From: an uncultured Coxiellaceae bacterium
Lineage (GTDB): Bacteria; Pseudomonadota; Gammaproteobacteria; DSM-16500
DNA: 64,000 nucleotides
Assembly: GCA_964636145.1 (NCBI GenBank)
Contig: CAZWPD010000004.1
Location: forward strand, 15,488 to 79,487
Reading direction: 5' to 3'
Positions 27,974-36,607 of the stretch are shown in pieces. The notes under the pieces were generated by a model. That model was given only the letters and a program-made list of their open reading frames with translations, was not told the origin of the DNA and did not search any database. The number at the start of each line of letters is the position of its first letter. The first letter of the stretch is position 1. A program made the translations under genes and the position numbers.

Positions 27974-28999
27974 ATGGAATCCAAAAGCGAGCGAAAAATC
28001 AAATTTGAACAGTGGCTTGGTGATAGTTTAGGCGGTCAATCGTTTCAGGCTTTGGCTATGCCGGGTGATGCCAGTTTACGCAGCTATTACCGTATTGTTA
28101 CTCCGGCCTCATCCTATGTGGCCATGGATGCTCCACCGCCCGAAAATTGTCGGCCGTTTGTTGCCGTTGCCGCCGCCCTGCAAGCAATGGGGTTGCAGGC
28201 TCCAGAGGTCATCGCTCAGAATCTTGATATGGGATTTTTATTGCTGTCTGATTTTGGCGACAGCACTTATTTGAAGTCGTTTCATCAGCAACCCGGTATC
28301 GCTCACGCCGATGATTTATACGGCCGCGCGCTACGAGCTCTGGCGATGATGCAGGCCTGTCGCAGCGTGCCAGGCCATGAATTAAAACCATTTGGCCGTG
28401 AGTGGATGGAGCGTGAATGGGCGTGGCATCAGGAATGGTTCTTGGAGAAATGGTTAGGTGTTGCACTGCCGTCGGGCGGGGCGCTGGATGCATGTTACGA
28501 GCAATTAATCATATCTGCGCTCGAGCAGCCGCAAGTGTTTATGCATCGTGATTATCATGCTGCCAATTTGATGGTGCTCGCAGAAAACAAGGTCGGTATT
28601 CTTGATTTTCAAGATGCGTTTATCGGACCGTTAACCTACGATCCAGCTTCTTTGTTGCGTGATTGCTATATCGATTGGCCGCAAGAAAATGTTCGTGCTT
28701 GGGCGATCGGTTACGCCAATATTTTACGTGAGCAAGGGTTGTTGACAGGTGTCTCCGATCAAGCATTTATGCGCTGGTTTGATTTCATGGGTTTGCAGCG
28801 TCATATCAAAGCCTTGCTGACTTTTGCGCGTAAATATGTGCGCGATCAGCAACCACGCTATCTTGAATTTGTACCGCGGACATTGAACTATATTGTTGAA
28901 GTGAGCCGGCAATATCCAGAGCTGCAGCCGATTACCGAGTTTTATACGAATGTCACTGAGTTAGCATTACAGAAGGCGAAAACCATATGCGTGCCATGA
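27974..28999 (+). CDS. amgK: MurNAc/GlcNAc anomeric kinase (APH-like)
   Basis: GDASLRSYYR, HRDYHAANLM, LDFQDA, GLQRHIK; divergent from lptD and overlapping murU. Confidence 0.88.
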   Translation: MESKSERKIKFEQWLGDSLGGQSFQALAMPGDASLRSYYRIVTPASSYVAMDAPPPENCRPFVAVAAALQAMGLQAPEVIAQNLDMGFLLLSDFGDSTYLKSFHQQPGIAHADDLYGRALRALAMMQACRSVPGHELKPFGREWMEREWAWHQEWFLEKWLGVALPSGGALDACYEQLIISALEQPQVFMHRDYHAANLMVLAENKVGILDFQDAFIGPLTYDPASLLRDCYIDWPQENVRAWAIGYANILREQGLLTGVSDQAFMRWFDFMGLQRHIKALLTFARKYVRDQQPRYLEFVPRTLNYIVEVSRQYPELQPITEFYTNVTELALQKAKTICVP

Positions 29000-29649
29000 T
29001 TTTGGCTGCGGGTCGCGGCGAACGAATGGGAGCACTAACGACAGCTACGCCGAAGCCGTTGTTGCGAGCAGGCGGATCATATTTGATTGAATACGCTATT
29101 CAATCTTTGCAGCAGGCGGGGGTGAGAGATATTGTCATTAATGTCGCTTATCTTGGCGCACAGATTCAGCAAGCACTGGGGAATGGTCAGCACTATGGCG
29201 TGAATATTGAATATTCTGTGGAAGAAGAGCGTCTTGAAACTGGCGGCGGAATTTTCAAGGCATTGCCATTATTGGGTGCGCAGCCATTTATTGCGCTTAG
29301 CAGCGATGTTGTGACTGATTTTCCTATCAAGTCATTACCATCAGAGCCTGTCGGCCTTGCGCATTTAGTGTTGGTACGTAATCCTGAATTTCATCGTAAC
29401 GGCGATTTTGGTTTACGCGATAATTATGTGGATATGGATGCAAAGCCGGCGCATACTTTCGCGAATATCGGTGTATATCGCCCCGAATTATTTAAAGACT
29501 GTGTTCCTGGTCATTTCCCCTTGATGAAGAAATTGGTTTTTCCTGCTATTCGGCAAGGACAAGTGACGGGCGAATTTTACGGCGGACGCTGGTTTAATAT
29601 TGGTACGCCGGAACAGTTAGCGGAATTTGATAGTATTGGTTTAGTTTAA
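28987..29649 (+). CDS. murU: MurNAc-alpha-1-phosphate uridylyltransferase
   Basis: [36 protein letters not shown]. Confidence 0.9.
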   Translation: MRAMILAAGRGERMGALTTATPKPLLRAGGSYLIEYAIQSLQQAGVRDIVINVAYLGAQIQQALGNGQHYGVNIEYSVEEERLETGGGIFKALPLLGAQPFIALSSDVVTDFPIKSLPSEPVGLAHLVLVRNPEFHRNGDFGLRDNYVDMDAKPAHTFANIGVYRPELFKDCVPGHFPLMKKLVFPAIRQGQVTGEFYGGRWFNIGTPEQLAEFDSIGLV

Positions 29650-29651
29650 TC

Positions 29652-29725
29652 CGCGCCCGAGAGGATTCGAACCTCTGGCCTTTGGTTTCGGAAACCAACA
29701 CTCTATCCAACTGAGCTACGGGCGC
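29652..29725 (-). tRNA. tRNA-Arg(CCG), CCA not encoded
   Basis: Minus strand GCGCCCG acceptor, AGTTGGATA D-loop, ttggt-TTCCGAA-accaa anticodon arm, agagg-TTCGAAT-cctct T-arm, discriminator G followed by GAT. Confidence 0.95.
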
Positions 29726-29852
29726 AAGCGCTGCTAGAAATAACCTATCTTTTGTAAACATGCAAGACTCACCTCTTTAGCGTCATCTCATTATCTGCAT
29801 TCTTATCTCTGCATTTTATTCATCAATTTAAACTTATTTAAGGAATAACATT

Positions 29853-31361
29853 ATGGCTATTGCCATCATTTACACACGTGCTTCATCTGGAATTGACGCG
29901 CCGCTTGTGACGGTAGAGGTGCATTTATCGCCTGGTATGGCTGGTTTCAATATGGTTGGGTTGCCGGAAACTGCAGTGAAAGAAAGTCGTGATCGTGTTC
30001 GCAGCACGTTGCTTAATTCACATTACGAATATCCGGATTATAAAATTATTGTTAATTTGGCGCCCGCAGATTTGCCTAAAGAAGGCGGGCGTTTTGATTT
30101 GCCAATCGCGTTGGGTGTGCTTGCGGCATCGGGACAGATTCCGCGCGATATTCTTGCTGAGTATGAGTTTGTTGGCGAGTTGGCCTTAGCTGGTGAGTTG
30201 CGTCCGATTCGCGGCGTCTTGCCGGTTGTGCTGGCGGCGCATAAAGCGGGACGATGTTTAATTGTGCCGCAGCAAAATGCTGCAGAAGCTGCTTTGGTAA
30301 GTGACGCGAAAGTGCTGTCTGCGCAGCATGTTCTCGAAGTGTGTGCACATTTGAATGGGGAGAAATCTCTGCCGCGGTGTGAGCCTTTGAACGAGTTACA
30401 AGGGCAAAATTTTGATGTGGACATGGCAGATGTGCGCGGTCAGCCACATGCAAAACGTGCATTGGAAGTTGCAGCAGCTGGCAGGCATAGCATGTTATTT
30501 CTCGGGCCTCCGGGTACTGGTAAAACGATGCTAGCTAGTCGTTTGCCGGGTATTTTGCCGCCAATTTCCACTGAAGAGGCACTGGAGTCGGCAGCTGTCG
30601 CTTCAATTAGCAGCAGTGGATTTGATCCTGCCAGCTGGGGTCGCATTCCCTTTCGTGCTCCGCATCATAGTAGCTCCAGTGCTGCATTGGCAGGCGGTGG
30701 GCGTCCGCCGCGTCCGGGCGAAATTTCGTTGGCGCACAATGGGGTGTTGTTTCTGGATGAATTGCCTGAATTCAATCGTCATGTTTTAGAGTGTTTGCGT
30801 GAGCCGCTGGAATCAGGTCATATCACGGTATCGCGCGCAGCATTTCAGACCTTATTCCCCGCGCGGTTTCAATTGGTGGCGGCAATGAATCCATGTCCTT
30901 GTGGCTACGCTGGTAGTGATGTACGTGAGTGTCAGTGCGCGCCTGAGCAGATCAAGCGATATCGCGGCAAAATTTCCGGGCCATTGCTCGATCGAATTGA
31001 TATGCATGTTGAGGTTGCACGTTTTGCGCCTGAATTACTGGCATCAACGCAGCAACATCAGGCAGAAAACAGCGAGACGATTCGTCAGCGTGTGCAAGCC
31101 GCGCGTGCACGACAGCTTGATCGGCAAGGAAAATGTAATGCACTACTGAATGTGGCGGAGCTAGCATGTTATGCTGAATTGCTGCCGGCTGCACAAACGA
31201 TGTTGAATCAAGTGATGACAAAATTTAATTTATCCGCGCGTGTTTACCATCGTATTATTAAATTGGCGCGTACACTGGCTGATCTGGATGCATCCGTAAT
31301 TATCACTGAACGGCACTTGAGCGAAGCCCTGCATTTTCGCTGCCTCGATCGTGCAAGATAA
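29853..31361 (+). CDS. comM: ComM/YifB Mg-chelatase-like AAA+ helicase
   Basis: VGLPETAVKESRDRV, NLAPADLPKEG, GPPGTGKT, FRAPHH, AAMNPCPCG, ISGPLLDRID. Confidence 0.95.
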   Translation: MAIAIIYTRASSGIDAPLVTVEVHLSPGMAGFNMVGLPETAVKESRDRVRSTLLNSHYEYPDYKIIVNLAPADLPKEGGRFDLPIALGVLAASGQIPRDILAEYEFVGELALAGELRPIRGVLPVVLAAHKAGRCLIVPQQNAAEAALVSDAKVLSAQHVLEVCAHLNGEKSLPRCEPLNELQGQNFDVDMADVRGQPHAKRALEVAAAGRHSMLFLGPPGTGKTMLASRLPGILPPISTEEALESAAVASISSSGFDPASWGRIPFRAPHHSSSSAALAGGGRPPRPGEISLAHNGVLFLDELPEFNRHVLECLREPLESGHITVSRAAFQTLFPARFQLVAAMNPCPCGYAGSDVRECQCAPEQIKRYRGKISGPLLDRIDMHVEVARFAPELLASTQQHQAENSETIRQRVQAARARQLDRQGKCNALLNVAELACYAELLPAAQTMLNQVMTKFNLSARVYHRIIKLARTLADLDASVIITERHLSEALHFRCLDRAR

Positions 31362-31521
31362 GCGGTGTTAGTAACTATAGGATTAATATACGGAAAATAT
31401 GACTAAAAATTAGACAGTCAGCGAGCAAAATGTTCACCTGCATCTATACTTACTATATCCTTCTTCTGGGCGTTTGCCTGAAGAGAGATTGATGAAAAAA
31501 TAATGAGTTGAGGAGAAGATC

Positions 31522-31956
31522 ATGCCATTGTTATTTTATCCGCACACAGAAGATGTCGCTGCATCTACGCTGTCGGATCGCATTGAGATTTTGCTCGAGG
31601 CGGCTTTGCGTTATAAGGCAATTATTCTTGGTGCCCCGCCGCCGTCAACGTCAGTTGCACTTATGATGACACCTGGAGAGCCATTGGCACCAGAAGAGGC
31701 TAAGCAGCGTACCGCGCCCAAAGATTTGGTGGTGGCATTCAATTGGGAAGAAATTGCAATTGCCGTGCGCGAATCTCGCGAGCTGCCTGAGGCGCTCAAG
31801 GAAGATCGTTTGAAGAAGGCAGAACATTTGGCAAAATTAGCTGAGATTTACGAGGTGTTGCGCGGGGCAAAAATGGCAAAACTCGAGGCTGTGCGCTTGG
31901 CTCTGGTAGGTGAGGCTAATCAATTGCGTGGTGGTTCCACTGCTAATACACCATAA
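31522..31956 (+). CDS. Hypothetical helical protein (144 aa)
   Basis: GAGGAG RBS; standalone ORF, convergent with rpoH. Confidence 0.75.
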   Translation: MPLLFYPHTEDVAASTLSDRIEILLEAALRYKAIILGAPPPSTSVALMMTPGEPLAPEEAKQRTAPKDLVVAFNWEEIAIAVRESRELPEALKEDRLKKAEHLAKLAEIYEVLRGAKMAKLEAVRLALVGEANQLRGGSTANTP

Positions 31957-31971
31957 GTAAGCTGAGCACTG

Positions 31972-32844
31972 CTACTGGATGCTTTCCATGGCGGTGCGTA
32001 GCTTGTTCATAGCGTTCTTTTCCAATTGTCGTACGCGTTCTGCGGAAATCTGGTATTTATCAGCAAGGTCTTGCAATGTCGCTTTGTTTTCATCGTCATC
32101 CAGCCAGCGGGCGCGGATGATGTCCTGGCTGCGTTCATCCAGTAGTTCCAGAGCTTGATAAATGCGATCTCCGGATTGTGAGGCCCAATCAGTTTGCTCG
32201 GTTTGCTGAGCAGGATTGTAGCGGTGATCTTCGAGGTAGGCGGCGGGGCTAAAGCTGCGCTCGTCGTCATCGTCATCATAGCCATCAAAGGCGGCATCAG
32301 ATGCTGACATGCGCATTTCCATTTCACGCACAGTTTCGGGTTTGACTCCCAAATCTTGTGCGACGTCATTTACTTCTTGCTGTGTCATCCAGCCCAGGCG
32401 TTTTTTCATATTGCGCAGATTGAAAAAAAGTTTACGCTGCGCTTTGGTGGTTGCCACTTTGACAATGCGCCAGTTGCGCAAAATGTATTCGTGAATTTCA
32501 GCTTTGATCCAATGCATGGCGAATGTCACCATGCGTACACCCATGTCTGGGTTGAAGCGGCGTACGGCTTTCATCAGGCCGATATTGCCTTCCTGGATGA
32601 GGTCGGCGAGCGGGAGACCGTAGCCCATATACCCTTTAGCGACACGTGCTACGTAGCGCAAGTGGGATAAAATCAGGGGTTTTGCAGCTTCGATATCATT
32701 ATCTTTTTGCAGCCTGATCGCGAGCTCGTGCTCTTCTTCCTGCGTTAGCATAGGAATTTGATTTACATAATGCAAATATGCTTCCAGGCTGTTAACCGGA
32801 AGTCGTAAATCAATGGCTTGTAAGCTGTTGTTTCTATTGGTCAT
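31972..32844 (-). CDS. rpoH: RNA polymerase sigma-32
   Basis: [14 protein letters not shown], RpoH box [22 protein letters not shown]. Confidence 0.98.
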   Translation of the reverse strand: MTNRNNSLQAIDLRLPVNSLEAYLHYVNQIPMLTQEEEHELAIRLQKDNDIEAAKPLILSHLRYVARVAKGYMGYGLPLADLIQEGNIGLMKAVRRFNPDMGVRMVTFAMHWIKAEIHEYILRNWRIVKVATTKAQRKLFFNLRNMKKRLGWMTQQEVNDVAQDLGVKPETVREMEMRMSASDAAFDGYDDDDDERSFSPAAYLEDHRYNPAQQTEQTDWASQSGDRIYQALELLDERSQDIIRARWLDDDENKATLQDLADKYQISAERVRQLEKNAMNKLRTAMESIQ

Positions 32845-32926
32845 ATTTGGCTAATATATTTTTTGTGTGTTACATTTTACCCGCTTTGACGGGGTATTTT
32901 CAATCATTATAGCATGACCGGTGCGC

Positions 32927-33925
32927 CTACTCGCCGAACAATGCATCAATAAAATCTTCGGCGATAAACGGGCGTAAGTCATTAATTCCTTCGCCAACGC
33001 CAATAAAGCGAATGGGAATGCCGGTTTCTTTGGCAATAGCGAAAATAATACCGCCTTTGGCGGTGCCGTCTAATTTGGTGAGGACAATGCCGGTGATGCC
33101 GATGGCTTGATTAAACTGGCGCACTTGATTCAAGGCATTTTGGCCGAGGGTGGCATCCAGCACAATGAGTACCTCGTGCGGTGCACTGGCGTCAGCTTTG
33201 GTGATGACGCGCTTCACTTTTTGCAATTCTGCCATCAGGTTGGATTGCGTATGCAAGCGACCGGCAGTGTCGGCAATCAGTAAATCAACCTGGCGGGCGT
33301 GAGCCGCAGTAACGGCGTCAAAGATAACAGCAGCGGTATCTGCGCCAGATTGCTGGGCAATCACTGGAATTTTATTACGCTCGCCCCAGACTTGTAATTG
33401 TTCGATGGCGGCAGCTCGGAACGTGTCACCGGCAGCGAGTAAAATATTTTTTTGGTCTTGCTGATAAAAATGCGCCAGTTTGCCGATAGTGGTGGTTTTG
33501 CCTGAGCCATTCACGCCGATGACCAGCGTAACAAAGGGCTTATGGTCATTGATATTTAGCGGCTTGCTGCACGGCTGCAAAATATACAGCATTTCTTGTT
33601 TGAGGCATTCGAAAGCTGCATTGGCATCGCTGAGTTCATTGCGGGCTAATTTTTGGGTGAGGGTTTTAATTAATTGTTCCGTGGTTTCAACGCCGACATC
33701 TGCGCTTAAGAGTGCGGTTTCAATTTCAGTAAGAAGATCTGCATCTAATTTTTTTTTGCCGAGGAAAAGTGTGGCAAGCCCGGTGGAAAGGGATGTGCGG
33801 GTTTTGCTCAAGCCTTGTTTGAGGCGGCTAAAAAAGCCGGTAGATGCTTCAGCATCCTGATTTTCTTCAGGAGCGGCGGGTTGCTCTTCTTCTGGTTTCT
33901 TTTTGCGCTTAAGAAAATCAAACAT
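32927..33925 (-). CDS. ftsY: SRP receptor FtsY (short acidic domain)
   Basis: [37 protein letters not shown]. Confidence 0.97.
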   Translation of the reverse strand: MFDFLKRKKKPEEEQPAAPEENQDAEASTGFFSRLKQGLSKTRTSLSTGLATLFLGKKKLDADLLTEIETALLSADVGVETTEQLIKTLTQKLARNELSDANAAFECLKQEMLYILQPCSKPLNINDHKPFVTLVIGVNGSGKTTTIGKLAHFYQQDQKNILLAAGDTFRAAAIEQLQVWGERNKIPVIAQQSGADTAAVIFDAVTAAHARQVDLLIADTAGRLHTQSNLMAELQKVKRVITKADASAPHEVLIVLDATLGQNALNQVRQFNQAIGITGIVLTKLDGTAKGGIIFAIAKETGIPIRFIGVGEGINDLRPFIAEDFIDALFGE

Positions 33926-34000
33926 GTATTCGCCTTTCTGATCATTTTTAAAAGGGCTTCATGTTAGCATATCTGGCACATTTCTAAAGAGAAGGTCGTA

Positions 34001-34567
34001 ATGAAGCCGGGAACAGTTAGAATTATTGCGGGTACATGGCGCGGTAGGCGTTTGAAAGTGCCGGATGTGAAAGATTTGCGACCAACGCCTGACCGCGTGC
34101 GCGAAACTTTATTTAATTGGTTGATGCCGATTATTGCTGGCGCGCGCTGTCTGGATTTGTTTGCCGGCAGCGGGGTGCTTGGTTTTGAAGCTTTATCGCG
34201 CGGCGCGTCCAGCGTTGTGATGGTGGATGAGTCTCCGGCAGTGCTGAAGCTTCTGGAAGAGCAGCTTGCTTATTTTGGGGCTAAAAACGCGGTGGTTTAT
34301 CGCGCTAAAATTCCAGCGCAGCTTAGGGCGCCAATACAGCCATTCGATGTTGTGTTCCTTGATCCGCCCTATCAGTCAGAGTTATTGCTGCCGACTTGCA
34401 CGTATTTGGAGCAGAACGGATTTCTTGCTGAGGGTGCTTACGTGTATCTGGAAGCGAGTGAAGTAATCAAGGATAATGACCTGCCTTCTGGCTGGCGTAT
34501 TATCAAAAGCCAACGGGCAGGACAGGTCGCCTATCATTTAGTTAAAAGAGAGTTAAACAGCAAATGA
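34001..34567 (+). CDS. rsmD: 16S rRNA m2G966 methyltransferase
   Basis: LRPTPDRVRETLFNWL, LDLFAGSG, FLDPPY; divergent from ftsY. Confidence 0.96.
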   Translation: MKPGTVRIIAGTWRGRRLKVPDVKDLRPTPDRVRETLFNWLMPIIAGARCLDLFAGSGVLGFEALSRGASSVVMVDESPAVLKLLEEQLAYFGAKNAVVYRAKIPAQLRAPIQPFDVVFLDPPYQSELLLPTCTYLEQNGFLAEGAYVYLEASEVIKDNDLPSGWRIIKSQRAGQVAYHLVKRELNSK

Positions 34568-35640
34568 GTAAATCCCAGCAACATAAACCACAGTTACTAA
34601 CTGGCGACACGCCAACTGGCAGATTGCATCTTGGTCATTGGGTGGGTTCGATTGAAAACCGTGTGCGCATGCAAGATGAGTATGATTGTTATTTCATGAT
34701 AGCGAATGTGCAGGCATTTACTACACGCATGGACAGAGCTGGTGAAGTGCATCAAAACGTGATGGAAGTGATGCTGGATTATTTGGCAGCTGGAATTGAT
34801 CCGGCACGTAGCACTATATTTATTCAGTCTGAAATTTCTGCGATCGCAGAGCTGACTGTGTTTTTCAGTATGCTGGTTCCTTATGCACGGGTTATGCGTA
34901 ATCCAACGATTAAAGATGAAATTCGCGATAAAGGCTTGGGTGATAATTACCCGTTTGGTTTTTTAATGTATCCGGTTAGTCAGGCGGCGGATATTTTAAC
35001 TTTTAGAGCAGACGTGGTGCCGGTTGGCGAAGATCAAATTCCGCATTTAGAGCTGACGCGTGAAGTCGCGCGACGTTTCAATCAAATGTACTGCGGTGTC
35101 GATTCGCATACCGAAGATGCGGATTATGTAAAAAACGGCGGTTTATTTCCGATCCCTGAAATTATTTTGGGACGCACCAAGCGTCTGGTGGGTATTGGCC
35201 AGCCGGGACCGGATGGTAATCTGCAAAAGATGTCGAAGTCGCTTAATAATGCCATTTATCTGAGCGATGATCCGGATACGGTGAAAAAGAAGGTTATGGC
35301 GATGTATACAGACCCTTTGCGTCTCAAGGCAACCGATCAGGGGCGCACAGAAAATAATCCATTATGGATCTTCCATGAAACCTTTAACACGGATAAAGTC
35401 TGGGTTCAGGAAGCAATGGAGCGTTATCGCGCTGGCACAATTGGTGATGTGGAATGCAAGCGTAAACTTATTGATGTGTTAGTCGAGCTAATTGAGCCTA
35501 TGCGTCAGCGTCGTTTGCAATATGAGCAGGATATCCATCAAGTAAAGGCGCTTTTGCAGGCAGGTACAGAGAAAGCTAACGCCGCAGCGCATGCGACACT
35601 GATGTCTGCGAAAGAAAAAATGCATCAGAGGTATTTTTAA
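34564..35640 (+). CDS. trpS: Tryptophan--tRNA ligase
   Basis: PTGRLHLGH, QAADIL, VPVGEDQ, KMSKS. Confidence 0.96.
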   Translation: MSKSQQHKPQLLTGDTPTGRLHLGHWVGSIENRVRMQDEYDCYFMIANVQAFTTRMDRAGEVHQNVMEVMLDYLAAGIDPARSTIFIQSEISAIAELTVFFSMLVPYARVMRNPTIKDEIRDKGLGDNYPFGFLMYPVSQAADILTFRADVVPVGEDQIPHLELTREVARRFNQMYCGVDSHTEDADYVKNGGLFPIPEIILGRTKRLVGIGQPGPDGNLQKMSKSLNNAIYLSDDPDTVKKKVMAMYTDPLRLKATDQGRTENNPLWIFHETFNTDKVWVQEAMERYRAGTIGDVECKRKLIDVLVELIEPMRQRRLQYEQDIHQVKALLQAGTEKANAAAHATLMSAKEKMHQRYF

Positions 35641-35768
35641 TGCAAGCAAAAATTAGTAGTAAATCTGTTCGATATCCAACTGGAAGATTAAATCTAATAC
35701 AGTCCATGCTCTTGTTGGCATTGTTTGGTGTAGCTCTGACCGTAGTTTTGAGAATATTTTATGCATAA
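35640..35768 (+). CDS. Putative 42-aa single-pass membrane protein (below the ORF-track cutoff)
   Basis: TAATG overlap with the trpS stop; translates MQAKISSKSVRYPTGRLNLIQSMLLLALFGVALTVVLRIFYA. Confidence 0.45.
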   Translation: MQAKISSKSVRYPTGRLNLIQSMLLLALFGVALTVVLRIFYA

Positions 35769-35992
35769 TCTAGCGTTGTGTGCACACGTGTGAGTTTTAT
35801 CTGGGCAAAAGGCTGATTTATTTTTCGCAGTAAAACGGTGTTTTGCACTTTAAATAAATTCAGATTAAGATACATGTTCCATAGGATTATGGTAATCCAA
35901 TGTTTCTGCTTTTTTTCGAATGCATCGGGAAAGGGCGAGAGATAAATTAATATTCAATTTTAGCTAAAATATATTTTAGAAGGATACATCTC

Positions 35993-36388
35993 ATGCGTAA
36001 AAATATTCTTATTGCAGCTTTAGTCGGTTTATCGGTTGCAGGTTTAGTAGCTTGCTCCGGTGGCGATGAAAACAAACCAGCTGATGAAACCACCCCAGCT
36101 GCATCTGCCGATGCATCTTCTGCAATCAATGCTGCACCAGCTGCTGAAGTTGCCCAAGCTCCTGTACAAACAGCGGATGCTTCCTCAGCTACACAAGCTC
36201 CAGCTGCTGACGCTCCAGCTGCAACAACCCCAGACACCACCACTGGCACAACCACAACAACTGATGCTGCTGGCGGCACGACCACCACAACAACCACAGC
36301 ACCAGCTGCCGATGCAACAGCACCAGCTGCTGATGCTGCTGCTCCAGCTTCCAGTGACACCACAACAACCACGACCACAACCAACTAA
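35993..36388 (+). CDS. Ala/Thr/Pro-rich low-complexity lipoprotein
   Basis: AAGGA RBS, MRK + hydrophobic stretch + lipobox LVA-C; mature part is disordered APAAD/TTTT repeats. Confidence 0.85.
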   Translation: MRKNILIAALVGLSVAGLVACSGGDENKPADETTPAASADASSAINAAPAAEVAQAPVQTADASSATQAPAADAPAATTPDTTTGTTTTTDAAGGTTTTTTTAPAADATAPAADAAAPASSDTTTTTTTTN

Positions 36389-36410
36389 TATTGGTTACTC
36401 GGGTTTCGAG

Positions 36411-36446
36411 AACATTGCGGGTGGTTTTGCTGCCCGCAGTGTTTTC
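36411..36446 (+). terminator. Intrinsic terminator of the lipoprotein gene
   Basis: aacattgcggg-N11-cccgcagtgtt followed by ttc. Confidence 0.65.
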
Positions 36447-36607
36447 ATTTGAAATGCTCATAACGTACTGATTATAATAAGATATATAGATATTTGCCCG
36501 CCTTTTGATTTGTTCTGTTTAACTATCGTAGTTGCACCAGTACATGTAGAGGCCTTATTTATGGTACGATTTTTGTTATATCAGTCATCGTCCGGGTACT
36601 GAACACT

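Noticed and set aside
35947-36461. Val/Ala-rich minus-strand and alternative-frame ORFs over the lipoprotein
   Set aside because: Shadows of a low-complexity repeat; only the 35993 frame has an RBS and lipobox.
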